A DNA stretch of 64,000 nucleotides from Vicugna vicugna (lineage: Eukaryota), in assembly GCA_013265495.1 (NCBI GenBank), contig MU063541.1, positions 434,001-498,000 on the forward strand. The letters are read 5' to 3'. The notes beneath the pieces were generated by a model. It saw nothing but the letters and a program-made list of their open reading frames with translations, was not told the DNA's origin and made no database searches. This document shows, piece by piece, positions 11,001 through 64,000 of the stretch (position 1 is the first letter of the stretch; each line of letters starts with the position of its first letter). The position numbers were made by a program, and so were the translations under genes.

Positions 11001-13428
11001 ACCTCCCTACAGTAAGCATAAGCAACTACTTTAAGCTAGGACAGACCAGAAACGAGGCCAGATCAGAAAGCCACCACTTGTTTGTCCCTCCACAGAAGAC
11101 TAACTGCTGGAGTCAGCATTAGGATTAGCTGGGGTAAAGGGGAGAGAGATTAGTTGAGAAGTCAGAATTGCCTTACCCTCACCTCGTCAGTTCAGGAATT
11201 TAGTTTTCTAGTCTTTTCAACAAAATTGGAAATTACGGGAAAATGGGACAGGGAGGCCAGGTAGGAAGGCAAGCCACAATCTGATCTGCCTTGGTCCCAG
11301 CTGCCAAAATCTGCTCTGGAGAAACCGGGGGGAATGCCCTGCTTTTTTTCAAGCTGGAACCAGGTAACCCTCCTCCCCAGCTCCTTCCACATGTTTACTC
11401 TCTCATCTTTTGTCCGAACTTAACTTCAAGCTTTCCTCAAAACCCAGTCTTCCTGGACTACTTTTCATCTTGGCTCAAGCAACTTATCCAGTTATTAAGC
11501 TGAAGATTTTCAAAACTCTACCTTTAGTCTTCTCTCGACAGCTGGGTGCTAGGGAATAATACATTATCCTTGCCTTAGAGCCTCAGAATTCCCCATTAGA
11601 CCATTAAAGATAAACCTAAACAAATAACTACAATGCAAGTCATACACGCCACATGGCATGAGTGATATAAACAAACTGTAGGAATCACTTTCCATTTTCA
11701 TTGTCGAGAATGGCTTCACAGGTGGCTTTGAAGCAAGGTATTGTAGGATAAAACGGTGAAGATAGAACAAGATAGACTATTGAGGTTAGAAGTAATCTGA
11801 GATCACCTAGCCCCCATACCATATATAGATATTCTAAGATGCTCAACAGATTATAGAGTGCACTTTGTGGGCTAGAGGGGTGAGAGAACTAGTTGGCAAG
11901 TTTCTTTTGATATGGTAAAGTGTGTTGCATTTTCAGAAATGCAAGAGGCAGAAAGAAGCATGTAAAAATCTAGAGGACATGAAAGATGTCAATAATGTTT
12001 TGGGGGTGGTAAATGGACAGTGTTTGCCTTATTTTCTAGTTTTCTTGTGATGATCCATGTAAAGCTTTTACAATATAAAAGAACAAAACTCATTTTGAAA
12101 CTTTACTACCCAGCAGCAGTCTATCACCAGTGGATGGCAGCCCAAGAGCATCCCTTTTTCATCTGCAAGGTACTCTGTGCTGTAATGTTAAACCCCTTAA
12201 GTTTAGGCAGCACATGCTGATGATTTCAAGTTTCTTAAAGGGGAATTCTCTGGAGGCACTTAAAGCAGCCTCCAGCAGTGATGGGAAAGCAAATCCACCA
12301 TGTAAACAATGACCATCCTCCAACCCAGGTGACCAAGTCCAGTTCCCAAACTCTTGTCCCAACATTCATCCTGTGCACTGCAGCTTCTAGAATTATATGT
12401 TCTCATTACACATTCTCAGTATCTTCCATACCAACAGGACAGTAAATTCCATCTCTGTGTATGAAGGCAAGCCCTCTACATCTTCCTTTATCAGTACGTC
12501 CTATGGGAGAACAGATTTTGACACATACATTCTTAGCTTCAAAAATGTCAAAGAGCCTTTACCCTGAATCAGTGGTTCCCAGACTGGAGCCTCTTAACTA
12601 ATATACAAAAACAAAAACAAAAGTCAGCAATGAGCTGTTCAAACTTAAACAGCACAGATTCAGTATCAACTCACTATGGTGAGGGTGTTTATACCACACT
12701 GACTGGATGCTCTAACTAGCAGTAAACCCAAAGGCACATACGTGGTAGCAAGAAGGTAATGGGGTGCTAGGGTGTAAAGGTGTGTGTGTGAGGAGAAAAA
12801 GAGAATGCCTCAAAATCAAGGAGACATTAGAAAACTGCCTGTACACATTCCACCACAGATGCAAGCCCTCTGTACCACACTCAACAGTTTAATGTTCTTT
12901 CAATCTGGGGGGCCATTTCTGCCACTCTCAACAGTCTCCTCTGTGTTCCTCTCCAAACCTGGCTCACACAAGTGAGCAACACACACACCACAGTTCAGAA
13001 AGTCAACAGGGTAGCATTAGGAGCCCACAAGTGATAAAGCCTGGGGTCTGTTCCAGCTCTGCCACCATAGGCAGTGGCGGTATTCTCAAATCACTTAGCC
13101 CTGGTAGAACCCACTCACCTTCGCTGAAATGAGTGGTTTTCAAATTACAATCAAAGAAATTCTTCAGACACTGCAGGGAAGAGGTAGGGGTGGGATTTGT
13201 GAGAGGCTGAGAGGCCAGGGCTCTGAGGCCCCCTACCCCTGCCCAAATGTTTTACTATTAGCCATGTTTTACTAAAATGCCATCTAAACAAAGACTTCTA
13301 AAACAAAGTTGGGGCCTCTGAAAATCAGCTAATCCAATCTCATCTCCAGATTTAATCATCCCAGGACCAAGCTAACATTTACATTAACATTCACAGAGCA
13401 CCTTCTAAGTATCAATGGGGAGTATTTA

Positions 13429-13560
13429 GGGGGACGGTATAGCTGAAGCAGTAGAGTGCATGCTTAGCACACACAAAGTTCTCGGTTCAATCCCCAGCAC
13501 CTCCTCTAAAAATAAATAAATAGATCTAATTACCTCCCCCCAACCCCGCCCACAAAAAAT
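13429..13560 (+). mobile_element. tRNA-derived SINE (camelid vic-1-like)
   Basis: GGGGACGGTATAGCTGAAGCAGTAGAGTGCATGCTTAGC...GGTTCAATCCCCAGCACCTCC, with A/B boxes, an A-rich tail and ctaattacctcccccc. Same family as the copies at 27855 and 36104. Confidence 0.85.
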
Positions 13561-14445
13561 GCCTTACCTAACACTTTGCACCAATTCTAGATGAATATTA
13601 GTTCTGTGTTTTTAGTTGCATTAGTTGTACAGTTAGAGAAACTAAGGCTTAGATGGGTAAAATGACTTATCCAGTCACAAATGAGGAAATGGACGTGAGG
13701 ATTTGAAGCCAACTATTCATGTCTCCGAAGTACTTGCTCTTCCTTCTATACTGCCTGTCTTTCCCACCATATTAACTGCACCTTTTGAACTGCTCAAAGT
13801 TCCCCTGGATGGTTTCACAAAGAGTCAAAACTGCTTCTTACCAGAAACAGTTGGTACCGCTGTTTTCCACTCACAGACCTAGACACTAGGGCTGTGGTGG
13901 GAGGGGGGGAGGGCAGTGATGACATGGGACATGAGGCATGAGGCATAGAGCCTTTTTCCAGGCTTGCCATTTCCCATTAATCACGTTCACTTTTTTAATC
14001 TCATTCCTTAAGTTTTCTAGATCATGCAAAGGTCTATTCTCTTCTCCCTCTTTTACCTTCTCCAGAAGTCTACATTTCCATGCAGACTAAATCAAAGGCT
14101 TCGTACTTCAAATCAAGTTCTGAAAAATGGCAGGTGAGTATGAAAGTACACTTCTCAGTCTTCTCTCATTTCTCCTCCAAACAGTTCTGTGACAAATAGT
14201 CATACGTATGTACTCACCCCCTTTATTCCTCTACAACTCCCAACCCTGGATCCCCTTCTTAAATTACACACTTTGTACTGTATTTCTGGATGAATTCTCA
14301 AGGGTAGAAGGAGAGAGAGTAAAGAATAGGAAGCAGAGTCTAAAGGGAAACGTTATACCAAACATGCATCCTGAGACACTCTCCCTCCAGGGCCTTTAAA
14401 GCAGTACAAACCCGAGACATGAGTGATGGTTAAAAAAATTTGGGT

Positions 14446-14451
14446 TTTATT
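14446..14451 (-). terminator. LSM12 distal polyadenylation signal AATAAA
   Basis: TTTATT on + at 14446-14451. Further candidates at 14527-14532 and 15325-15330. Confidence 0.6.
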
Positions 14452-15984
14452 GTTTTTGCTAAACAATACTAAAAAAAAAAAAATTTCATTTTGAAGGCAG
14501 GGCTTGAATTATTTAATTTTGATCCATTTATTTAATTAAAAAAAAAAGGAAGGGGAAAGAGATCATGGCCAAAATAATAGTAGTTAATCCCCACCCCACC
14601 CCCGAAGCTCTAGCCAGTCACATGAGCATCACCCACTCCCACACAGTGCCTGATATTCAGAGGGTGGCACACTCTACCCCACTGGACTGCCTTGAAGGCA
14701 CAGGGGTAACAGGTGCCAGTTTTAGCTCTCAGCAGGTTAGTCAAACCAGACAAACTGGTGGGCTAAAGTCCAGAAATTCTTCCCAGGTTTTCTGCCCATT
14801 GGCTGAGCACATACAAACTGTCGTAAGCTTATAAAATTTCAAGGGGTGGGGAAGGGCATAAGAGCAGGAGGTTGGCAGGAGAAGAAAAACAATAGGTCAT
14901 CCAAGCTTCCTCCTGGGCTAGTGGCTCTGGATACAGACTTAAGAGAGGTTGGGATAGGTGGACTCCAGATTTCTCATGAAAGAAAACCATCCCTCGAGGA
15001 GGAGCTGAGATGTGCCGTGCAAAATAGTTCTTCCTGCAGAGGGCACAGGAGAAAGGGCAGTTGATGCTCCTGTCTAGGAGACAGGAGAGTGATGAGGAGG
15101 TTCTTCTAGTACCATGAAGTAAGACAAAGGCAGAGGGAGAATCCTGAGGTTTTGGCCAAATGTGAGACGGTACACACACAGTTCAAGACTAAAAAGCCAC
15201 CAGGAACCCTCAAAGCCAGATCCCATCCGCATACACTGGCTCTACAAAGTGCTGCAGAGGATTCTCGCTGTGAACTAAGTCAGGTTAGTTGTCTGGCTAT
15301 GGGTGGTGGGGAGGGCAATAAATTTTTATTTTCAGAGGAATGAGGTGGGAAGAGNNNNNNNNNNNNNNNNNNNNNNNNNNNNNNNNNNNNNNNNNNNNNN
15401 NNNNNNNNNNNNNNNNNNNNNNNNNNNNNNNNNNNNNNNNNNNNNNNNNNNNNNNNNNNNNNNNNNNNNNNNNNNNNNNNNNNNNNNNNNNNNNNNNNNN
15501 NNNNNNNNNNNNNNNNNNNNNNTGCTCTAGTCTCAACTTAAGTATCACAGTCAGCTTGTTACTTTTATTTTGGAAGAGAAGATGTAAAAGTTTCTTTCAA
15601 TCACTTAGAAGGCAAGTGTAGCCACTTATAAAAACAGAATGGCAGAGACAGACTGGGAAAGGAAAGTCAGAGGTAAAAGGGCAGAGCAGAAAAGGAATAT
15701 TCAAAAATAAAATTAACAAGGTGACTGTTCCAGAAGGGAGCTGTGAAAAGGACATGGTGGACCAAAGTCTGTTAGTCAAGTAATGATTCAACTTTTAAAT
15801 TATTCTCTTGTTCTTTTGTTGGGTGTTTTTTTTGTTCAAGTCTAAGATTTGGAAATGCCGACCCTCTGTTAACAAGAGCCAACAGGAAATATAGGATCCC
15901 TTCCCTCCCCCGGCCTGCCTCCGCTGAAGCCACCACCATCGCCTCCTTGGCTGGATGCTGGAAGAGTCCTCCATATGTGTGGAC

Positions 15985-32800
<16,816 letters not shown>

Positions 32801-35169
32801 NNNNNNNNNNNNNNNNNNNNNNNNNNNNNNNNNNNNNNNNNNNNNNNNNNNNNNNNNNNNNNNNNNNACGGGGCGTGCTGACGTCACGCTCCGGGGCGTG
32901 GCCTGGGGCTGGGTGGGGCGGGAGCCTAGGTGGTACAGTAAAGAAGAGGAAATAAAGGGGAATCTGAATAATTATGTTTGTGCAGCTATGCCCGCTTAGT
33001 AAGGTGCTTGCATGGTCCATTTTAGAAGTTAAAGATAAATGACCTACGTGGAATGAAAAAGAGGAGAAAGGAAATGCAGTCTCCATTACATGCACCCCTT
33101 GCTTGACACACGAATTTAATGAATGAACTCTATCATTTTACATATGAGGAATCCGAGCTCCAGAGGACTTAATGAAACTTGCTCAAAACGATTATACCTA
33201 ATTACAAATTGGTAATGGAAACAACATTGGCCGTAGAATTAGCCAAACCGGAACTGGGATCCCACTAAGTTGTATGACCTTGAGCAAATTACTAAACCTG
33301 ATCCTGTTTCTTTACTCCTTCTCTATTATCACTACTGAGCATCCAACAACCCTTCGAAGTGGGAATCAATATCCTCATTTAACAGATGAAGAAACTAAAT
33401 CTTAGACTAAACTTTGTCCAGGGTCGCTCATCTAACAAGGATTCAGTCTACCTGTTTCCAAAGACGCTGAGCTGCTATTTACTGCTCTGCTATATTAGGT
33501 AATACTTAATAGAGTGCTTAGGTTATATGAGATAATGTGTACAAATGCATGGCATTTAGTAGATCTTTAATAAATGATACTTCCTGTGTTATCACCTATC
33601 ACCCTTGGAACTCAGGATTCTTCCCCATCTTGCCCTTTTCTCTAGAAAACAAGGCAAAGGGCTATACTGAGGAGCAGTGGCAGTGACAAAGGAATTTTGG
33701 GCCCCCCATTAATAACCATCTTGTATACAAAACAGTCTTCTTAAGGTGTAAGTACTATGCAGATGCATTTTCAAGCACGACCATCACCAATTGCTATCCC
33801 TAACCCACCTACCCTTCCACTGTAGAAATTCTAGAGCCTCCTGTATGAATAACAACAGGTTGATCTTTCTCTAGTTCAGAGGGAGGCAATGGGCCAGTCC
33901 TGGCACTACTTAACCTGAACAATTTCAAAAGTGTTTCCTTGCCTTGCAAGAGACATCAACTTCCTAATGTTGGGCCAATATTAGTACAATCACTGTAATA
34001 GAAATAAACATTCTGCTCCCTCATACTTCAATTCTTTCAGAGAACTTTCCTGTCTCCCCCATAACAAATCATAGGTAACTGGCACTCCACTTTTTATATG
34101 GCATTGTAATTATAGGTTTTCATATATGACTGCCAGGCACTCTTAGGAAAAGCTTCCTGAAGGAAGTGAAAAATCTGAGATGTGAGGACAAAGAGGGAAA
34201 GAGTGTCCATGTTCCAGGCAGAGGGAACCACACATGTCAGGATCCCTAAAAGGAGAGAGACTTGGTAATTTAAGGGATGATATAGTAGCTCAGAAATATT
34301 ATGAAACAGAGTGTGGGAGTGGGCTATTGTTTGTCCGGCTAGAACCCAAGCAAACTTTCAAAGCCTTAGAAAATTTAGGCTTTTACCCTGGGGCAATTGA
34401 AAAACACTTAGCAAGGGAGTGAAATGAGATTTTTATCCAGCTTCCTTCCCCCACACCTTTTTAATCAGTGAAATTAATCTCTTAACAAGAAGAGCCCAGA
34501 TTTACAGTCTCATTTTCACCCCTCAAAAAACTCTCCAAGAACAAAATTGCTTGAGATAGGAACTGGGGAGCCACTTCAACAGTCTCCTCCTACCACTCCT
34601 CTGCCTCTAGGCAGGACCTTACCTAGGAGAGCTGAGATTTCTATTTTCTGCGTGTGTTCCTCCAGAGAATTATTCCAGATTTTGTCGTGGGTGTTTGCCC
34701 CTCCTCTTCCCGTACTAACTCAGCTACTACCTCATGATTTATCTGCCCAGCGGGGTTTTGGAAGAGAGGTAACGGAAGGAGATGGACAAGGCAACCTTAG
34801 AACTGGGAGGAAGTGACTTAGACTGTGCTATATGTAAGAACTCTCAAGTCTTCAGGGAAGACTCCTCAAAAATCAAGAGCCTTATTTGTCAGCCTCCAAA
34901 TCAACAACGAATGAATTCGGGCGAGAGAGTCTTGGGCTAGGGGAGGAAGGCATGGACCAATGAGTTGTGTGTGCAAACTTATTAGAGTCCGGCTTCCGCG
35001 TGGACCCGTGATTCCTGGCTCCCGGGAGCAGGGGTTGTTCCTAGCTCTCTCTCCAAGAGATTTCGAAATATCTTTGGAAGGTAGCGGTACTGAAGGAGAA
35101 AGGTCTGGTCTGGAAGGAATCCTGGCCCTGGAGATTACATATCTATCTTCACGACAGCAAAGGAAGAAC

Positions 35170-35567
35170 TCTTGACGCGCCGCCGATCCTCAGATTAGTC
35201 TGTCCCTTGACCCGGAACAGCAGCAGGAGCCGCCTCTACACCCGATGCCCACGTGCCGGCAACAGCAGCCACGTGGGGCTCTACGGAAACGCCTTCGCAA
35301 AGATTTGTCCCCTGCGCTGCCCAGTAGAAAGGAAGGCCGGGGAGGAGCTCAGGAGGAAACGGTACCGGGTGGGAGGCCGGGCTCGCCCTAGCCTGGGACT
35401 GCCGGGGGCGGGGTAAGGGGCGGGGTTTCGCCGGCCGCAGTTGGGGGGCGGGGTCTCTACTTGGACGGGTGGGCTTTAGAGGGCAGTGAGTAGCAGCTTC
35501 CTTGCCTCCTGGGCTCCTCGTCTTCCGCCCTAGATCAAACGCTGGCCGGGTCGGCTTCTGGGTCGCC
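35170..35567 (+). promoter_or_regulatory. G6PC3 CpG-island promoter / 5' UTR
   Basis: Tandem GC boxes GGGGCGGGG at about 35405-35424 and about 35445-35453. Two CACGTG E-boxes at 35250-35255 and 35270-35275. Confidence 0.75.
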
Positions 35568-39669
<4,102 letters not shown>

Positions 39670-39940
39670 CTTGAGGTGCATCCTACTGCCACATTCCCTC
39701 TCACAAGGCCAACACTCCGTGACCTCCATACTCCAGGAGGCAGCCCGTCCCCTTCCAGCTTCCAACAAGCCCTGCTCATCTTGAATTTTCCACTTCTCCC
39801 ACCACCTGTCTTAGCCCCAAAGAAGGGCCTTCTATCTCCCAGGAAGACTGGTCCTCCTTCCTGTCCCAAGTCCCTAAGAGCAAAGGCAACAGTAAGACCA
39901 GCAGGTTCCTGAAACACTGTGAGGGGCTCAGAGCAGCCCC

Positions 39941-39946
39941 AATAAA
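39941..39946 (+). terminator. G6PC3 polyadenylation signal AATAAA
   Basis: First AATAAA after the stop codon, about 270 nt downstream. Confidence 0.75.
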
Positions 39947-40375
39947 GCCCTTCAACACCTCTGGCCTCCTCTCTTGCCTCTGTGCCAATCTCCACTGGAC
40001 TTGCCTGTGTGGGTGTTAAGTGGAACCCTTGCCAGGCCGCCTGTTCTACACCCGCTCCAGCCCTGTTCCCACAGAGGTAAAATCAAAAGGAAAAAAGAGA
40101 CCTTCAGCTCTGGGCCCCCTACCCACCATCACCACCTAGGCCACACAGAGGTCCCAGGAGATGCTGTGGCTATGTTCAGTGAAACCTTGTTCTTAACCTA
40201 CCGGACAGAGATCCCGTTCCCCCGACCCCAGCCTCTTGTTTCCTATATCAGCTAGTCCAAGGGCTGGAGAAAAGAAAAGCAGATTTTTTGGCCAGGAGGG
40301 GGAATGAGAGCCTCTACTCCATTTGGGAGCCCAGAGAACAGAGACACGGCCCCAGAAGGCACTGCCAGGAACAAG

Positions 40376-40381
40376 TTTATT
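40376..40381 (-). terminator. HDAC5 polyadenylation signal AATAAA
   Basis: TTTATT on + about 1.6 kb past the HDAC5 stop, followed on - by GT-rich sequence. Confidence 0.65.
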
Positions 40382-41993
40382 TACACAAGGACACACAGTA
40401 TAACAGGTTACAAAAAGACTTTACTGAAATCCATGTCCAGGGAGACAAAGCAAGGAGTGGGTTTACATGAAAACCAGACTAGCCATGGGGAGAGGAAGGG
40501 GTAAGGGGCCCAGAGCTGGGGCTCAGCATGGGAAGGCCTGGTACACTGGGCCCAGCCCCAGCCCCCAGGAGGCTCTAGAACACACAAGACATAAGCACAC
40601 GATGAACCAAACGGTGGTGGTGGTAGTGGGACTCCTGCCCTCCCCTGGTTCCCTCAACCCTGCTCAGGCCCCCAGCAGGATAATAAATATGTAAACAAAT
40701 TGGTGGGGCCCTGGGGATGGGAGGAAAGAAAGTATAAGTGGTATTGGGAAGAAAGAGGGAGGAAGACTCAGCCCCCTAGGAACTGCTTCCCATCTTTGGT
40801 TTCCCACAGGCTGGATAGCATTCTCTAGAAGCCTTGAGGGCTCCCAGCCCCGGAAACAAGTCGGCTAGGCTGCGCTCCTGGGAAAAAGAAAGGGCAGCAC
40901 CCAGCCCCATCCTGGTCTTAGTTCCTTTGGGGTAGTGGCCCAGAAAGGAAGCCCAGGAGGAAGGGAAGCTATAACTGAGGGCAGACTCCTGGGTTCTGGC
41001 CCTGCCCCTTCTGGACCCCCCACTCTCACCATCCCCAGGCTTCGAAGCCAAAGGCCCAGGAGGGAGGTGGGCCACTGACCCTTCTGCTGGCAGCATTCTG
41101 GGTGTCTGGGGAAATGTGGTCCTGAACAGCAGGGGGGCTCTCACTAGCCTGGAGCCCCCCTGCAGGGACCACCTTCTCCCCCTTCCCAAGCTGTGCCAGC
41201 AGAAGGGCAGGAAGGCCGACAGAGTAAGATGGAGAGCAGGCCTGGTTCCTTGGCTCCTCAGAACCCAAGAGTCCAGTCCCATTCCCTCCCCACACTTTCA
41301 CCCTCTCCAGCCTCTGAGAAGGGGAAATAGGCCCTGAGGAGTGTCAGGCAAGACAGCCCTGCCCACAGACCTCAGGCACACATCCTCACATCCGAGAGCA
41401 CAAACCTTCCCTTCAGTGCTGAGGGCAGGAGAAAGGGGTCTGTGTGGAGATGGTGGGGACAACAGGGGAAAAGGGTGAGCATCGCAGGGCAGGAGCCCAC
41501 CTCCCCTCCACTCTACCTTTAGACTGTAAAGGGACCCTCCAGATCCTCCCCTGGGGCTGGAGAGGGGAGGAGGGTGAAATTAAGGCATTTCCCCCCAAGT
41601 CAGCTGAAGCCAAGGCACCGAACTTCCTGTTCCCTCTTCATTCAGAGACCCCAGAACCAGAAGGTACTGTCTAGGCCCTGAAGCCCACCTTGAGCTGGCC
41701 CACGCTCCAAGGGGGACAAGGACAGAATGCAGGATGTAGGTGTGGGATACGAGGGGGAAGGGCTGGAGAGGGTACCCCCACCACCACCCCCACGCCCTAC
41801 AGAGGGAGCAAACTTCTAGAACTGAGACGTGGGCCACGGAGGCAAGGGGAGCCTGAGGCAGCTTAGAGGAGCAGGAGGGGCGAGGCTGAGAGACCCACAC
41901 AGCACTCGTTGTTGAATGTGTGACTTTTTGTTTTTAATAGAAAAAATAAACAAAATCACAATGATGAAGCCCAGAGGGATGGGGGCCAGGGCG

Positions 41994-63799
<21,806 letters not shown>

Positions 63800-64000
63800 C
63801 TGCTGAGAAACAGGATTCCGTCTCATAGATGGTCTGCAGCATCTCCACAAGCCCCTGAGCCTTGGGCACCAGCAGCATGCCAGGGAGGGGGACCGCCCGA
63901 GGCGGGAGTCAGCCAAAGGGAAGGTGGTCGGGTGGGGCTCTCACTGCTCTGCTCGAGGGCTCCCTCAGGCCACTGCTGCTGGGACCCGCACCGTGGGGAG

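Noticed and set aside
13429-13560. tRNA-like sequences here and at 27855 and 36104
   Set aside because: They have A/B boxes but also A-rich tails, and the 27855 copy has a TSD. I saw no acceptor stem. They are SINEs, not tRNA genes.

Overview
Mammalian genomic DNA, most likely a camelid, judged from three copies of a vic-1-like tRNA-derived SINE and an artiodactyl-type L1 3' end. The window covers the syntenic block TMEM101(-), LSM12(-), G6PC3(+), HDAC5(-). G6PC3 is complete (6 exons, 346 aa). TMEM101 shows coding exons 1-2 only. LSM12 shows exons 3 and 5; exons 1, 2 and 4 are inferred to lie in N-gaps. HDAC5 shows exons 3-27, with exons 4, 8 and 24 wholly or partly in gaps. The main accessory element is a 6.1-kb two-LTR provirus (1226-7338, + strand, GCCTC target-site duplication) about 300 bp upstream of the TMEM101 ATG. 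It has a tRNA-Ser primer site, class III (ERVL/HERV-S-like) gag-pro-pol, a gamma-type env remnant (CWIC, immunosuppressive-domain-like segment, CX6CC) and a pure CAG/CCG repeat inside decayed gag. Other leads are a U12-type branch site in LSM12 intron 1, all seven N-gaps falling on exonic sequence, and two candidate internal HDAC5 promoters or enhancers, one with an in-frame alternative first exon. Coordinates were read by hand, no alignments or searches were run, and family names come from recall of consensus sequences.
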